The translations under genes and the position numbers were made by a program. From Octopus bimaculoides (taxonomy: Eukaryota), in the NCBI RefSeq assembly GCF_001194135.2, contig NC_068982.1, positions 104,660,991-104,724,990 on the forward strand: a DNA stretch of 64,000 bases, in the 5' to 3' direction. The notes beneath the pieces were generated by a model that was not told where the DNA came from, made no database searches, and saw only the letters and a list, made by a program, of their open reading frames with translations. This document shows, one piece after another, positions 1 through 12,862 of this stretch. Numbering within the stretch: the stretch's first letter is position 1; every line of letters starts with the position of its first letter.

Positions 1-1253
1 GAATAAACCCAACATTTCCTCAGTCTATCGTAAAAGGCAATTAAAACAGACTGAGGTAAAATCTGACCTCATAAAACCCTCGCCAACAACAACTACCCCA
101 AGCACCCATGGGCTGGAGGGTTGTCGCCTGAGTGGTGCAAAGATGTCATCTGCCACAAACAAATGGTGGATACAGTAACGTGCTATTATAGCGTATGCTT
201 CCATACTCTACTACTACTACTACTAGTTAGATCAAGAATGATTTAACTTTCCTCAGCAATTGAACTTACTTCAAACAGTAATGACTGTTTAAATATTGCA
301 ACAGCAATTTTTTATTTTTACAAAGAGATTCACAATATGAAAGCTAACTCTACAAAATATCCATCTATCTGCTCAAAATAATATCCAAATCTACCTCGTA
401 TTACGCTTTTTTTCTTGTTTAGTCAGGGAGGGAAGGATAGTACCTACAATCTTTTGAATTTTTTTCCAAGCCTCAGAGACTGGTGGGAGAAAATTCTGGA
501 ACAAGAGACCTGGTGGCTTAAATGCTTGCAACAGAATGAACTCTGCTATAATCACCCATGATCAAAATTGCCATATTATACTAGGAAAAGAACTAATGCT
601 GCCACCACACCTTCTTAACACTGGACTTTGTAGTTTCTTACATACAAAATGACTTTAACTTCTTGTCTCCTAGAAAAAAATGCCATCTCCTTCAGTACTG
701 TAGACCCACTCAGTTGAAGATCTTAGTGTTGCAATTTGTATAACAACCTCACTCATACTGGTGTTAGCTTTAGGAAGGGCATCCAATTATAGAAACCATG
801 CCAAAGCAGACAGGAGCGTAATGCAGTCTTTGGACCCATCAGATCCTGTCAAACCATCCAACTCATGCCAACATTAAATGATGATTGTTATAGCCAGAAA
901 TCCTTTTCTCATAGATCTGCTCAATTAGGAATAATCTGAAACTAAATGACATCTAGAGTATACATAGAAAATCTTCTGTAATTTCTGTCAATGCTTAGTT
1001 TGCTTATTAACATTATTTCATTATTTACTGTTAGTCTTGCTACAAAATATTGTGGATATTTAATTTCAGTGTTCCAATTTCATTTGAAATTGTTTTAAGT
1101 TGTTTGTAGATTTGCATAATGTAGTATAACCAAATATTTATGGTACCAGAGCAGAGCAGAGGTGTTGGCCTATTTCATGTTTTAGTACAGACTTTGCAAG
1201 GATTTCAGACAAGATATTAATTCTATTTCTGACAATTTTTCTATCTGGAGAGT

Positions 1254-1567
1254 GAAGGCATATGGCTTAATGGTTAGGGTATTCGGCTCATGATCATAAG
1301 GTCAGAAGTTCAATTTCTGGCAATGCGTTGAGTCCTTGAGCAAAACACTTTATTTCACATTGCTCCAGTCCACTCAGCTGGCAAAAATGAGTTGTATCTG
1401 TATTTCAAAGAGGACCAGCCTTGTCACATTCTGTATCATGCTGAATCTTCCTGAGAACTTACATTAAGGGTACACATGTCTGTGGAGTGCTCAGCCACTT
1501 GCATGTTGATTTCATGAGCAATCTGTACCGTTGATCGGATCAACTGGAATCCTCGTCGTCATAACCA
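1254..1567 (+). mobile_element. tRNA-derived SINE with a Deu/Nin-like core
   Basis: A-box TGGCTTAATGGTT, B-box GTTCAATTTC, then the gtccttgagcaaaacacttt...cactcagctg core. Confidence 0.75.
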
Positions 1568-1840
1568 GCGGAGTAGCAGTTCTATCTGGAGGATAACTAC
1601 CAAGTATTTTAGGTGATAGGATATATATTCATTAACCATTTAATAGTATGGAAATTGATAAAAGTATTTAATTACTGAATCCATATTAGACAAGAAGGGA
1701 AACAAACTTTTTGAGAGAAGGGCTGTTCATGAACATTGAAAGTGTATAAAGAAACAGATAAAATAAATATCTGATATTGTTCATTTCACCCTCTATTTTC
1801 CTTTTGTCCAAATTATTCTTTAATCTTTATTTAATGTTAT

Positions 1841-2290
1841 GTCATCGTCATCATCATCATTGTTTAACGTCCATTTTCCATGCTGGCATAGGTTGGATGC
1901 TTTGACTGAGGTCTGGAGAGCCAGTAGCTGCACCAGGCTCCAATCTGATCTGGCAATGTTTCTACAGTTGGATGCCCTTCCTAACGCCAACCTCTCCAAG
2001 AGTATAGTGGGTGATTTTTACATGCCACCAGCACAAAAACAAGTCAGGCAGTCCTGGCATCGATCACGTTCGAGTAGTGCCCTTTACGTACCACCAGCAC
2101 AGGAGCCAGTCAGCAGGTACTAGCATCAGTCACGTTCAGATGGAGCTTTTTATATGCCACCAGCATGGGAGCCGGTCAGGCGGACCTGGCATTGACAACA
2201 TTCAGATGGTGCTTTTTACATGCCGCCAGTCAGGGGGCACTGGCCACAGCTGCAATTTTGGTTTTCTCAAGCATATCCTATCACTGTCTC
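1841..2290 (-). mobile_element. 5'-truncated RTE-type retroposon 3' UTR with a (GAT)n tail and internal ~65-bp tandem units
   Basis: catcatcattgtttaacgtcc... terminus shared with many copies in the window; four gtgccaccagcac-type units; explains ORFs 1839-2123 and 2011-2304. Confidence 0.85.
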
Positions 2291-2812
2291 AGGTAATTAT
2301 TTAAATTGCACAAAGCCATCAATGTCGTTTGTAAATGTCTTTATATATAACATTAGAATATAAGAAATATTTATATCAACATAGTCTACAAACTTATCTC
2401 CCCAAAATACAAAGATTGAATGTTCTAAATAGTAATCAAATAATATCAAGGAGAATTAAACCCTAGTTAAAAATATACTGACCAACTAACCTTTCCATCC
2501 ACTTACACTCTTTTGTGAACCCTTCAAAAACAAGCTAACCGAATTTCTGTCTAGTTACAAGTCTACTGACAAACTAACCTTTTCATTTACATTCTTTTGA
2601 GAACTAGAGCAACCCAACTGTCTGAAAGTGACACACCTAAATAGACACACTTGATTACAAAGTTTTACATGCATGACTGAATCCTGAACAATAGCACAAC
2701 TCTAACTTTAAACAGTAAAGATCTTCTACATATTTCCATCAGAACCTACAACCTAATTACCATTCAACATAGCTACACCTATGCAAAAAAGAAAAAGAAA
2801 AGGCAAACTTAC

Positions 2813-2902
2813 CAGAGCCTAAATGAACTTAAATACACCTCAGTCCAATGAAGGCTAGCAAGCCGAAACTTTGAAGTCACTATCACTGCTCTGCTTGTAA
2901 AA
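2813..2902 (-). CDS. Orphan candidate exon (90 nt, phase 2-2) of an unidentified gene
   Basis: tattatag| acceptor and TG|gtaagt donor; only one frame is open (FTSRAVIVTSKFRLASLHWTEVYLSSFRL). Confidence 0.35.
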
Positions 2903-3182
2903 CTATAATAAATGTGTGTGTGTGTGTGTGTGTTCACACTGACATCTGTTTTTCATACTGATGTTCTTCTAAACTTGGATATGTTATTGACACAATGATT
3001 CAGTTATAATAATCTCCAATTGTCAACTCTGAATAAAACCAAGGATCAATTCAGGAAGTATTATTTATGATCCTGGGTCTGGCCTCAAAATACAAGTGTT
3101 GTCATTATAAGATACTTCAGAATTTTGTCTGAAGAGTGTCTAAATTTTTTTTTTTTTTTTTTATGTCTATTCTGTGCATTAG

Positions 3183-3335
3183 GCATCACCACGGAAATCA
3201 TCTCAAAATATAGACATTAGCATAGATCCAGCCTGCCTGAAGAATATGGAGACAAAATGCTTAAGTTCCTTAAAATGTCGACATTTGTCCTTTGCAACAA
3301 ATTTTGACATTTTAGAACATCAGAGGCCCAGTTGA
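3183..3335 (+). CDS. Orphan candidate terminal exon
   Basis: Long T-rich tract ending cattag|, 50 open codons (ASPRKSSQNIDISIDPACLK...HQRPS*), then AATAAA at 3339-3344. Confidence 0.3.
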   Translation, partial: ASPRKSSQNIDISIDPACLKNMETKCLSSLKCRHLSFATNFDILEHQRPS

Positions 3336-3784
3336 TAAAATAAAGCTTCTAATTTCAATCTTCGACCTAGTTAAACATTATCACCTGAAGATGATTGCTA
3401 ATTGTACCAACCAAAACATCCAAAGCAATTTTTTTTTTTTTCAATGTCTGATTTTTAGAGCTATAATGCTGGTGCTGCATGAAAGGTACTTAGTACACTC
3501 TGTAAGTGATTTGTGTTAGAAGGGCATCCAGCCAGAGAAACCATGCCAGAACTCACAGCAGAGCTTGGTACACTCCTTTAGCTTGCTGGTTTCTATCAAA
3601 CTGTCCAGCCCATTCCAGCATGGAAAAACAGACTTTAGATGGTGATCATGATAATGATGGTTTTTATCAAAGACTTATTTGTCTTAATTATATGCTGTAA
3701 ACCACTATTTCATATTGTAGGAACAAAGATAGCAAAATATTTTTAATGCTATCTATTGGTTTGAGAATGGAAAATGGATGGCTC

Positions 3785-4088
3785 ATATGGTTTTGAATTC
3801 GGTCCCACTGTGTGACACCTTAGGAAAGTCTTTCCTTTTATAACTTCAGCCCGACTAGTGCCTTGTGAGTGAATTTGGTAAACAGAACCTGTGTGGAAGC
3901 CTGTCATATATGTGTGTTTGTGTTTATCCCTCTTCTTGACAAAAGGTGTTGGTTTGTTTACATCCCCAGAACTTATCAGTTTGACAAAAAGATCAATAGA
4001 ACAAGTGCCAGACTTTAAAAATAAGTACTAGGGTTGTTTTGTTCAATTAAACATTTCAAGGTTACTGTCCAATAACTGAAACAAGAAA
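3785..4088 (+). mobile_element. CORE-type tRNA-SINE copy (octopus OR-like family)
   Basis: cccactgtgtgacacctt...ccttgtgagtgaatttggt...actgaaacaag; homologous to 14285-14649 and 52039-52371. Confidence 0.75.
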
Positions 4089-5455
4089 ACAGTAACCATT
4101 GAACTACTAATTACTGATATCAATGGTCTAACTCAATCAGTAAAATTACTTTGGACTCTAATGTCGTTCAGTTATCTCAGTCCTCATGCTAAGATATCCC
4201 AGGTGGCCATGGGCTCTGCCCCTCCACTGAAGAACAAAAAATAAAATTTATAAGATTGATTTACTATATATATCATCATCATAATCATCCATTTTTTCAT
4301 GTTAGCATGAGTTAAACACATTGCCACAATCTTCAGTTAGGTCTTATTCTCCCAGGAAGGTTGAAAATTACATCTCACTCTGTTTCATTTTTGGCATGGT
4401 GTTTATGGGTTGATACCATTCATAATGCCAACCACTTTACAGAGTTTACTGGGTACATTTTATTGTGGTACTGTATTTGAGAGATATATGCATACACACA
4501 TACTCAGTTTCTTTTCCCATGCTGGAACAGATCCATCAAAATATGTTGGTGTAGAATATATAACAACAATATATTAATTTTAATAGTCCTCTTATTTTGT
4601 ATTTACTACCACAAGTCTAGACCTAGTGGTGCTATAATTTCAAAGTAGATGAACAGCAATGCATGAATTTTACATTGCAACATGGATAAAAGCAAGGTTT
4701 ACATAAATATGTTGGATAAGGTAATTACAATCAATATGGAGATTGTTTTGTATATACACTCAATAAAATATTTTTAATCCAGTGAAGCGAACCCAGGATT
4801 TGCCATTCAGATAAAATACATTATGATTGCTTACCTTAACCCATCACCTAATAGTGATCTCATATGAGATCACTTAAAAATTACAAATTTCGTAATTATC
4901 TGTCAATATTTACACATATCTAACCTTTTTGCTATATCTACTAGGTATATTTCTCTGATATTCAAATGAGGTTTGCTAATTTTTCACCCAATATCTCGCT
5001 TATTTCTATTTAAAATGTTATTTTGATCATTCCAGCTTGTTTTATGCTAGAAATCAAAGTTTCATTTAAAAAATTCCAGTTAATAGAATTATGGGAGGTA
5101 ATGGGTTAAGTAATCCTTCAGCTCCTTACAGCTCAACACAGTTAACGATAACCTGGATTATAACTGAGTGCTTGCACAGTACCCACCTGGATACTTTATC
5201 CCTATCCATTATATGTATATAAAATATTTAATTGTAAGATCCAAGGATCTATGTGTTGGAAGTTAGTAAGCTTTGAGCAGTCCATGGTAGGTATAAAAAA
5301 CCAACTTTCAGGAACAATAATAGTTTATTGGTGTAGAAGGTTGTAGGCTGTTCCCACATCGAAGTTTGATAAACTGAAAAAAGTTTTATAGTTTATGGTT
5401 TGCAACTAGTGATGCTATGAATGTGAATAAAAATTCCAAATTGAAGGACTGGAAC

Positions 5456-5719
5456 AGGTAAAATCCAGGCTACATATGTTTCCAAGCTAGCAGATCCTCA
5501 ACAGTAATAATTACTCAACAATCCCAAGTTAACTCACTGAAGATATAATTTAAATTAAATCTCCAGCGAGTTAACTTGGGGTTCCTTAGCAACAATGCAA
5601 CCTAAATTTAACTAAGGCATCTTTAGCCTGATGAGTAGTTAGTGGAATACCCTTCATCAAGTAATTATTACTTCTGAAGATCTGCTACCTAGAAAACATA
5701 TGTAGCCTGGATTTTACCT
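5456..5719. mobile_element. MITE-like element with 60-bp TIRs and an internal hairpin
   Basis: 5456-5515 versus the reverse complement of 5660-5719 match at 54/60 positions; inner inverted repeat cccaagttaactc...gagttaacttggg (about 5523-5580). Confidence 0.85.
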
Positions 5720-5780
5720 ACTCCATTCCCTTAATTTGGCTATATATATATATAAATAAATATATATATATATATATATA

Positions 5781-6055
5781 NNNNNNNNNNNNNNNNNNNN
5801 NNNNNNNNNNNNNNNNNNNNNNNNNNNNNNNNNNNNNNNNNNNNNNNNNNNNNNNNNNNNNNNNNNNNNNNNNNNNNNNNNNNNNNNNNNNNNNNNNNNN
5901 NNNNNNNNNNNNNNNNNNNNNNNNNNNNNNNNNNNNNNNNNNNNNNNNNNNNNNNNNNNNNNNNNNNNNNNNNNNNNNNNNNNNNNNNNNNNNNNNNNNN
6001 NNNNNNNNNNNNNNNNNNNNNNNNNNNNNNNNNNNNNNNNNNNNNNNNNNNNNNN
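5781..6055. other. Assembly gap flanked by a (TA)n microsatellite
   Basis: Run of N; ORFs 5718-6116 and 5740-6126 are artefacts of it. Confidence 1.
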
Positions 6056-6290
6056 AAAGAAGCCCGTCGTATATATGTATATATATATGTGTGTTTGTGT
6101 TTGTCCCCCCCACCATCGCTTGACAACCGATGCTGGTGTGTTTACGCCCCCGTAACTCAGCGGTTTGGCAAAAAGAGACCGATAGAATAAGTACTAGGCT
6201 TACAAAGGATAAGTCCTGGAGTTGATATTCTTGACTAAAGGCGGTGCTCCAGCATGGCCGCAGTCAAACGACTGAAACAAGTAAAAGAGT
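6056..6290 (+). mobile_element. 3' half of a young CORE-type SINE (5' half lost in the gap)
   Basis: aaagaagcccgtcg...gcggtgctccagcatggccgcagtcaaacgactgaaacaagtaaaag, with CpGs retained. Confidence 0.8.
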
Positions 6291-9200
6291 ATATATAATA
6301 TTGTGGAAATAGCATTAATTATACATATGTTCTTGAATTAAAGTTTCTTTTGAGTGCTCTACTTAGTGGGTGCTGAGCCGATAATGTTGCTAAAGTTAAC
6401 CAGAAAAGAAAATAACATGAGAAGTGATGGAAAATGAGTTATGGCAAATTGATTTCTTGTTCAGTTTAAATTTTTAGTTGTTTAAGACTAGTTAAAATAA
6501 CATTTCCATACAAAGAAAGAGATTCTTCTGGTTCTTGTAGTACAATTGTTTGCCAAGGAAAAGAGAATAAAGCAGTTTGAGTTGTGTTTATATGGCTACT
6601 AGAATGCTGGTCACTGATTAGTTCAGAAAAACCAATGGAACATGGCTGGTTAATGACTAAAATCACATAATTACATGTGGGCCACTACATCAGCATAGGA
6701 AGACAAGTGAAATATTATGGCAATGATGAATATTTCAAAAGTTGATTCCTTCTCTACCAAATGCTTAATTGTAAATATTATTTTTATTATTAACATGGGT
6801 TAAATTCATAACATGATTCTCATAGTTGGCTGATAGCATTTTATTTATATAATTCCTGTTCTTGGAAAGAACATAATCATCACACCTCACTATTTTTCTT
6901 TCACTACAAGTCTAAAACCAAGTCTACATATAAAAGAAAATACATTGTTTTGACCAATATGCCAGATTTCAATTCTTGGCTAAATACATTTCACTTCCCT
7001 CCTGTCACTTAATGCCTTTGAGAAAAGTATGAACATCACATTTCATGTTTGTTCTCTAGAAAGATTCATGCTTCATGTCTATTTAACATATGATAAATAT
7101 AAAAATGTATTAGCAAATGGTAATAAAAAATTCTCTCATCTCCTTGTAGTATGTGTCTAAACCAAAGATTTATCTCTATTTGCTTTAGTCTTCATGCTTA
7201 ATTAAGAAATTTATTGTTGATATTAATTTCATTATTGCTGTGATTATTATTATTATTATTATTATTATTATCATCACTATCATTATTTCTTTTTCATCTC
7301 TTATCCTGAAATGAATAGAACATCATTTGTCAAATGGTAAGAGAAAATTTCATTTAATTTTGTTCAAAATGTAGTATGTTTTAGGGTTTTATTATTTTGT
7401 TGTTTTTTTTTCCTACAATTATCTGAATCGTAGTTATGCCAAAAAAACTGAACACTTACATTACTTCCCTAAACAAATTGTCTTGTACATACTTCAGCTA
7501 TTTTATTTTATATCTTATATTACAATCTGTGAACAATATTGGCATTGGCTGCAGGTTTCCAATAGGACAATCACCAGTTCATTCATTACATTTCTGAAGG
7601 CAAGTGCGATGAGGTAGTATCTAACCCAGTGCAGATTAAATATCTCATGACCTCATAAAACATTGCTTCTTTCTTTCTTTCTTATCTCACTAATGTTTAT
7701 ATTTCTCTCACTTATATACAACCACAGAAGAAATATATATATATAACTTATTGTTAACAAATTCCACTCACAACATATTGACCAACTTGATTTTATGGTT
7801 AAAAAAGACACTTACTGAAGGAACCACAGAAAGTGATTGAACCTGGAACCATGTGGTTGCAAAATGAACTTAACCACACAGCCATGCTTGCATAATAATA
7901 GTCACATACTTTTATTTTTGCAATAAATATTATTGTATAGTGTTTGGCTGTAGTAACTGTAGCAACAGACAACTACTATCCTCCTCCACCCATTATGGAT
8001 ATCATAATTAGTTGAGGTCCCATGGTCAAGTGATAAGCACTGGCCATTGGTAGGATTTGAATTCAGGATACAAAGATCTGGAACTGATATCACAAGACAT
8101 CTTTTTTGATACTCTAAAAATTCTTCCAATCTACTTGTTCTGGACTGGTCTGGTCTTTAATTTATTGATCCTGAAAAGAGGGAAGGTAAAGTTTATCTCT
8201 GAAGGATTTGAACTGGCACAAATACTACAAGGCATTCTATCATATGCTCTCTAACAACTTTGCCACCATAGTTTATTATTAAATAATATACTGTATATGT
8301 TTGCACTGCAGTTGAATAGTGTCAGTGACCAGGTTGTAGATGCTGAACATCTTTTGGTGGTGATTTTTAAAGGATAATTTACTAAAAAAAATACTACATA
8401 TGGTATTTATGAAGAGTTTTCTTTCTTTTATCATTCATACTTGTCATTTTTAATAATTTTCTTCATCATAGTTTTTTTTTTTTTTTAAATTTCTGCTTGT
8501 TTATTGTTTACTAAAACTAATGTTTACAAGGTTCCTTACAAGAATGTGACATATCTTTTGACAAAACATTAACGACTTAAGCATTCTGAAATAATTACAA
8601 GCAGGCATCATGTTGAGTCAGTGAGAGTTTATGCCTGCTCTTCATTAATTATGCATCTTGGGAAGGTCAATTTTCACGGTACAGTGCTAATTGACTGAAC
8701 CTTAGAATATAGCTGGTATAAAAAGTAATGTCAAACATTTATCATAATAGTTATTAAGCAAAAATAGCATTAGACATTTAGTCTGTTGCTCTATCATTTC
8801 TTCTAAATCTCTTCTCTTTTCATAACACTCTTTATTAATAAAAGTTTTTCTTTCATATCCATTACTCATATTAATGGGGTTTTTTTTTCTTTCTACTAGC
8901 ATGAAAAAAGGAAAAAATTCTTCCTTGATGTTGTCATTTTATAATTTGTTTTACCTATGTGATATTTTAGGAATGCTAGTTTCTTTGTTCTTCCATTTGT
9001 TGTTCATTGCCTCTCTCTCTCTCTCTCAGAGGAAGAAGAAGATAGCATTGTGATTGTTTATCATTTTCTTCATCTGCTCTATCTTATTAGTATCAGCTCA
9101 CTCAGAAATCCATCTTTTTTGTTACCTAGTTTTACCTGCTAATGAATTATGTTATCATTATCGGTAACATTCAGGGACCCTTGCATACCATTAATAAATG

Positions 9201-9649
9201 TTCAAATGTTGCATAGAAATGTAACATATACAGACATTTTAGCATTTTAATTCTTGATTCAAGCTAATTATTTTTCATCAAATTGCTTTCTAGTTTCTTT
9301 TTTCTTAAACTATTCTAGGTCTAACTATGTTTTCTAAGTAGCAGAACATAAATACTATTTCCAGTGAGCCATCTGAACAATCTATGATTTCTTGGGGTCA
9401 CTTCCAGCTAGAGATCCCAGTGTCAATTTTGAGTCTTATTTCCAATGGACACATTGAATTAGAACCCACACTTGATTCAGTATGTATAGTTATCTATGTA
9501 TAGTTATTCAGTATATATAGTTATCTAAAACCTGAACAAGGAATGACTCAGGATATAGAACAATAAGTTGGAAAAAAATGTCCATGATTTTAGTGGATTT
9601 TAAGTTGATTGACTTAATGCAACTGGATGTCGCATTGTTCAGTTTATAG

Positions 9650-9722
9650 AAATGGTGCAGATTCAAACTCAGTACTGTGCTCAGTAAAAGAGGTGGAACA
9701 TGAAGATTACAGTGGGATCTGT
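9650..9722 (+). CDS. Possible upstream exon of the RAP80-like gene
   Basis: tttatag| acceptor and one open frame (NGADSNSVLCSVKEVEHEDYSGIC); weak phase-0 donor gtaact, alternative donor at 9776; no homology recognised. Confidence 0.25.
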
Positions 9723-10189
9723 GTAACTGGCAGGAATTCAAAGCACACATGGATTACCCAAATAGTTCACTGGAAGTAATGCCTAAGTTCTGCTCTCTAT
9801 GGAACATAATTAATTTTATAATGGTTCTACTGAAAAGAAATTAGCTAAAGTAAGAATAGCATTGGGGAAGATTTTTATGAGTTGATAGCAATTAAGTAAC
9901 GGGCTAAGTATAACTCTTAGATGTAGAGTATCAGCCACAAGAAAGAAAGAGTTGAATTCAAATTATGCAATAGAAGCAGCTCTGTGACAAAAACACGTAT
10001 GTATGTATGTTGTTTAAATGCCAGAAACTGCATTTTTTTATTGGGGAAAAAAATTGCTTTCAAGATGTATCATGTTAAAAAAATATATATACTTCAGAGG
10101 CGATTTCTTTCATCTAGCTCTGAAGCTGATTTTGTTGTTTTTTTGTTTTTTTTTAACACTAAATATCTTTAAAGCAGTTTTTTCCCCAG

Positions 10190-10213
10190 ATGAAAAATCA
10201 CATCTTCTGGCAT
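10190..10213 (+). CDS. Candidate 24-nt microexon of the RAP80-like gene (MKNHIFWH)
   Basis: ttttttccccag| acceptor and |gtaagc donor; phase 0-0 fits the 11612 acceptor; HIFW loosely matches HYYW of the RAP80 AIR. Confidence 0.45.
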
Positions 10214-11611
10214 GTAAGCAACACACATGTGTTAAGTAAATTGTATGGAGAATGAATTGTTAAAGCTATTGAACATCAGGAACATTAGCTGATGTATGAA
10301 CAATCATAGATGCACTTGAATGGACATTTAATTCAAATTAATGATATTTAAAAATAGGTGTTGTGTGTTGACTTGGAAAAGGAAGACCAAATAAAATGTT
10401 GAAGGTGATGATACTGTAATTGAGAACATTGCTCTTCAAGGAATGGAAATAAAGTACTATACAGATATATTAATCTCATGTTAGGTTGTTAAATCCAATG
10501 TTAAATGCTAATGATGCTATGCAAATGGTACACAGTGAATGAGATAAAGACTGACAATAGCTGTGTACCGTTGTACTTAAAGAATATGAAAGTGAATGTA
10601 ATCAAATTGTTAAGAATTGTCTTTAAGAATAAGTTTACAGTAATGAAACTTGACTTCTAGACATGAATGGAGTATTATTGGGAATTGACTTCCAGAGTAG
10701 CATGTGTATTTGACTTTGCTGTAAATGATATTGAAACTCATGCAACAAGGGTGAAAAAAGAGAAGCATTAAATTGAGAAAGCATTTTTCTCTCTTTTTAG
10801 TCCTAGGGGTTTTTTCAGATCCTCTTTAAATGAGTGATAGACAGCTAAGTAAGGTTAATATGATTATTTTTTCATTTTATAAATTTGAAAATATATAAGG
10901 CAGAGGCTTAGAGTGGATGCAATAGTGAGGAGGACACAGTTGAGTGACAGGAGAAAGGAAAGCAATTATGGTGGTGTGTTTATGTGTAAGTGGTATGTGT
11001 AATCATCAACAGAGAAATAGACCATTGTACTGAAAATAGAAAAGACAGGGAAGTCAGAGTTTGACTGTGCACAAAAAGGTTGGAAGATGGAAATGTTTCT
11101 CATGCTTTTTACTTTTTTTGCAGTAAAGAATTGTCCATAATGTACATGTGTACATTGATTGCACCAACTTAGATGTGTGAGCAGTAATCTAATGGAACTG
11201 TTCCCCATTATAATAGAAAGATGTATGATGAAGAGCAGAGCAGCATAAACTATTTCATTGAAAGGTGTTCTTTCAATATGACAGGCTATAGTAGAGTGAC
11301 TATTATAGTTGTGAATGCCATTAAACAAATGCATATTAGATCCTGTTACCGTGATACTGTTACAGCTATATCTACAGAGTTATTAGAAATATAACTATTA
11401 TTTTGTTACAGGTGTGAATCTAGTACTTTTACAGTTAAGACTATAATATTATTGCAACAATATTTGTAGTACTGTGGTGCCTCTTACGGCTTCTCTCATA
11501 TCATTGTAACTGTGACTGTATCTATACTAATCTTGATAGAACTATAAGAATTTGATCTTAATGGCTGAAACTTCTTCAAATAATGATAAAATAAGACTCC
11601 TTTCTTTTCAG

Positions 11612-12862
11612 AATGTGTATGCTAACATTTTTTCCTCTGAATCAATGTCAAGTTCTGAATATGTTATGGTCTTGCTTACCTTTTGGAATAAATTTCATTC
11701 AAACTTGAGGGAGAAACAGTCCAAATGTTTAAATAAGATAAAATGGGGTGAACCCGTTTTAACTGGAAAGCATGCTCTTTCTACTCTTGATCGTAAACAG
11801 CGTATTGGGAAGAATATTTTAGATTCTGAGGAAAATACTCTATCTGGAGATGAAGAAATTAAGTCTCAAGAACAAGTTCCATCTAAAAAAGATGATGTTT
11901 CTGTTGCAGTCACTCCGATAAATATAAGTATTTCAGAGGAACGTAGTAAATGTTCAAGTCCTGATTTAATTAAATCTGTATTTAGACTTCCCGAATTGAA
12001 AATAAAGTTATCAGAAACACATAATAAGGAGCTATATATGAATATCACTGATGACAAATCAGAATCTTTTGAAATTAAAAGAAGTACGAGGCTGTCTGTG
12101 AAAAGATTGTGTAATAAGAAACAGGTTAACAAAGAGAATGTCAACAGTGGTGTACGTCCTAATTTACTACAGCGCAGGAGATTATTTAAAAACAATGAGA
12201 GTGTATCTGAAACATCACCAACTTGTTGGACTGGTATTAAATGTTCCTTATTAAAAGATACACCAAAAACTGAACCTATGCATTCAAAGTTAAGTCAAGA
12301 GATGTTGCCCCATTTTTCTGAAAATATTAGTGATATTAATTCTTCAATGGAGAAGATGGAGTTTAAGACATCACTTCCTATTCCTGGAATACAGAAGTCA
12401 CCAGTTAGGAAAAGTTTTGCTGATAAGCCATCAACATTATCACCTGTAGAATTGGTAGAATCTTCTAAACATGAATTACAAGAAAGTCAGAAATTAAGCA
12501 AATCTGTAAAAAATCATGTTTCAGATGAAGTAATTCCTTCATCCTCGCCAACATTTCCTTCAAAAACTCTTCCAAGTTACAAAGATAATTCAAGGATGGC
12601 TCAAACTGCTAAAGAACAAACCAGTGATATAGATTCAGGTTCTAAGAAAAGGAGGAAAAGGTCAAGAACAAAATTTAGAATTTCTCTTGAGGAACCTGAA
12701 ATAACAGATAAATGTGATACAAAAAACAATAATGAAGTTCTACCTCGTGTGACTGATGAAAACAACAAGGATAATGAAGTTTTAACAAACCTTCAAAAGA
12801 GAAAACGAAATATGCAAGAAAGAAGCATAAAAAACAACAAAAAGCTGAAACTTCCCCAAAAG
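11612..12862 (+). CDS. UIMC1: RAP80-like large exon (AIR-like motif plus long S/K/E-rich disordered region)
   Basis: Lies within the 448-aa ORF; ctcctttcttttcag| acceptor (phase 0) and AAG|gtaaac donor. The 5' boundary is less certain (alternative AGs at 11539, 11548 and 11652). Confidence 0.85.

Noticed and set aside
470-535. Penelope GIY-YIG C-terminal trace (KFW...PGGLN)
   Set aside because: Motif too short to support a call
1254-1325. tRNA gene (also similar heads at 14285, 52039, 56635 and 59684)
   Set aside because: A and B boxes are present but there is no cloverleaf, and each continues into a SINE body
5718-6126. ORFs of 132 and 128 aa
   Set aside because: Artefacts of reading through the N-gap and (TA)n
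10966-11334. 122-aa ORF on the minus strand
   Set aside because: No recognisable domain; the plus strand has a DR...GGV-like trace suggesting an old LINE endonuclease, too weak to call
11866-12195. 109-aa antisense ORF
   Set aside because: Shadow of the large RAP80-like exon
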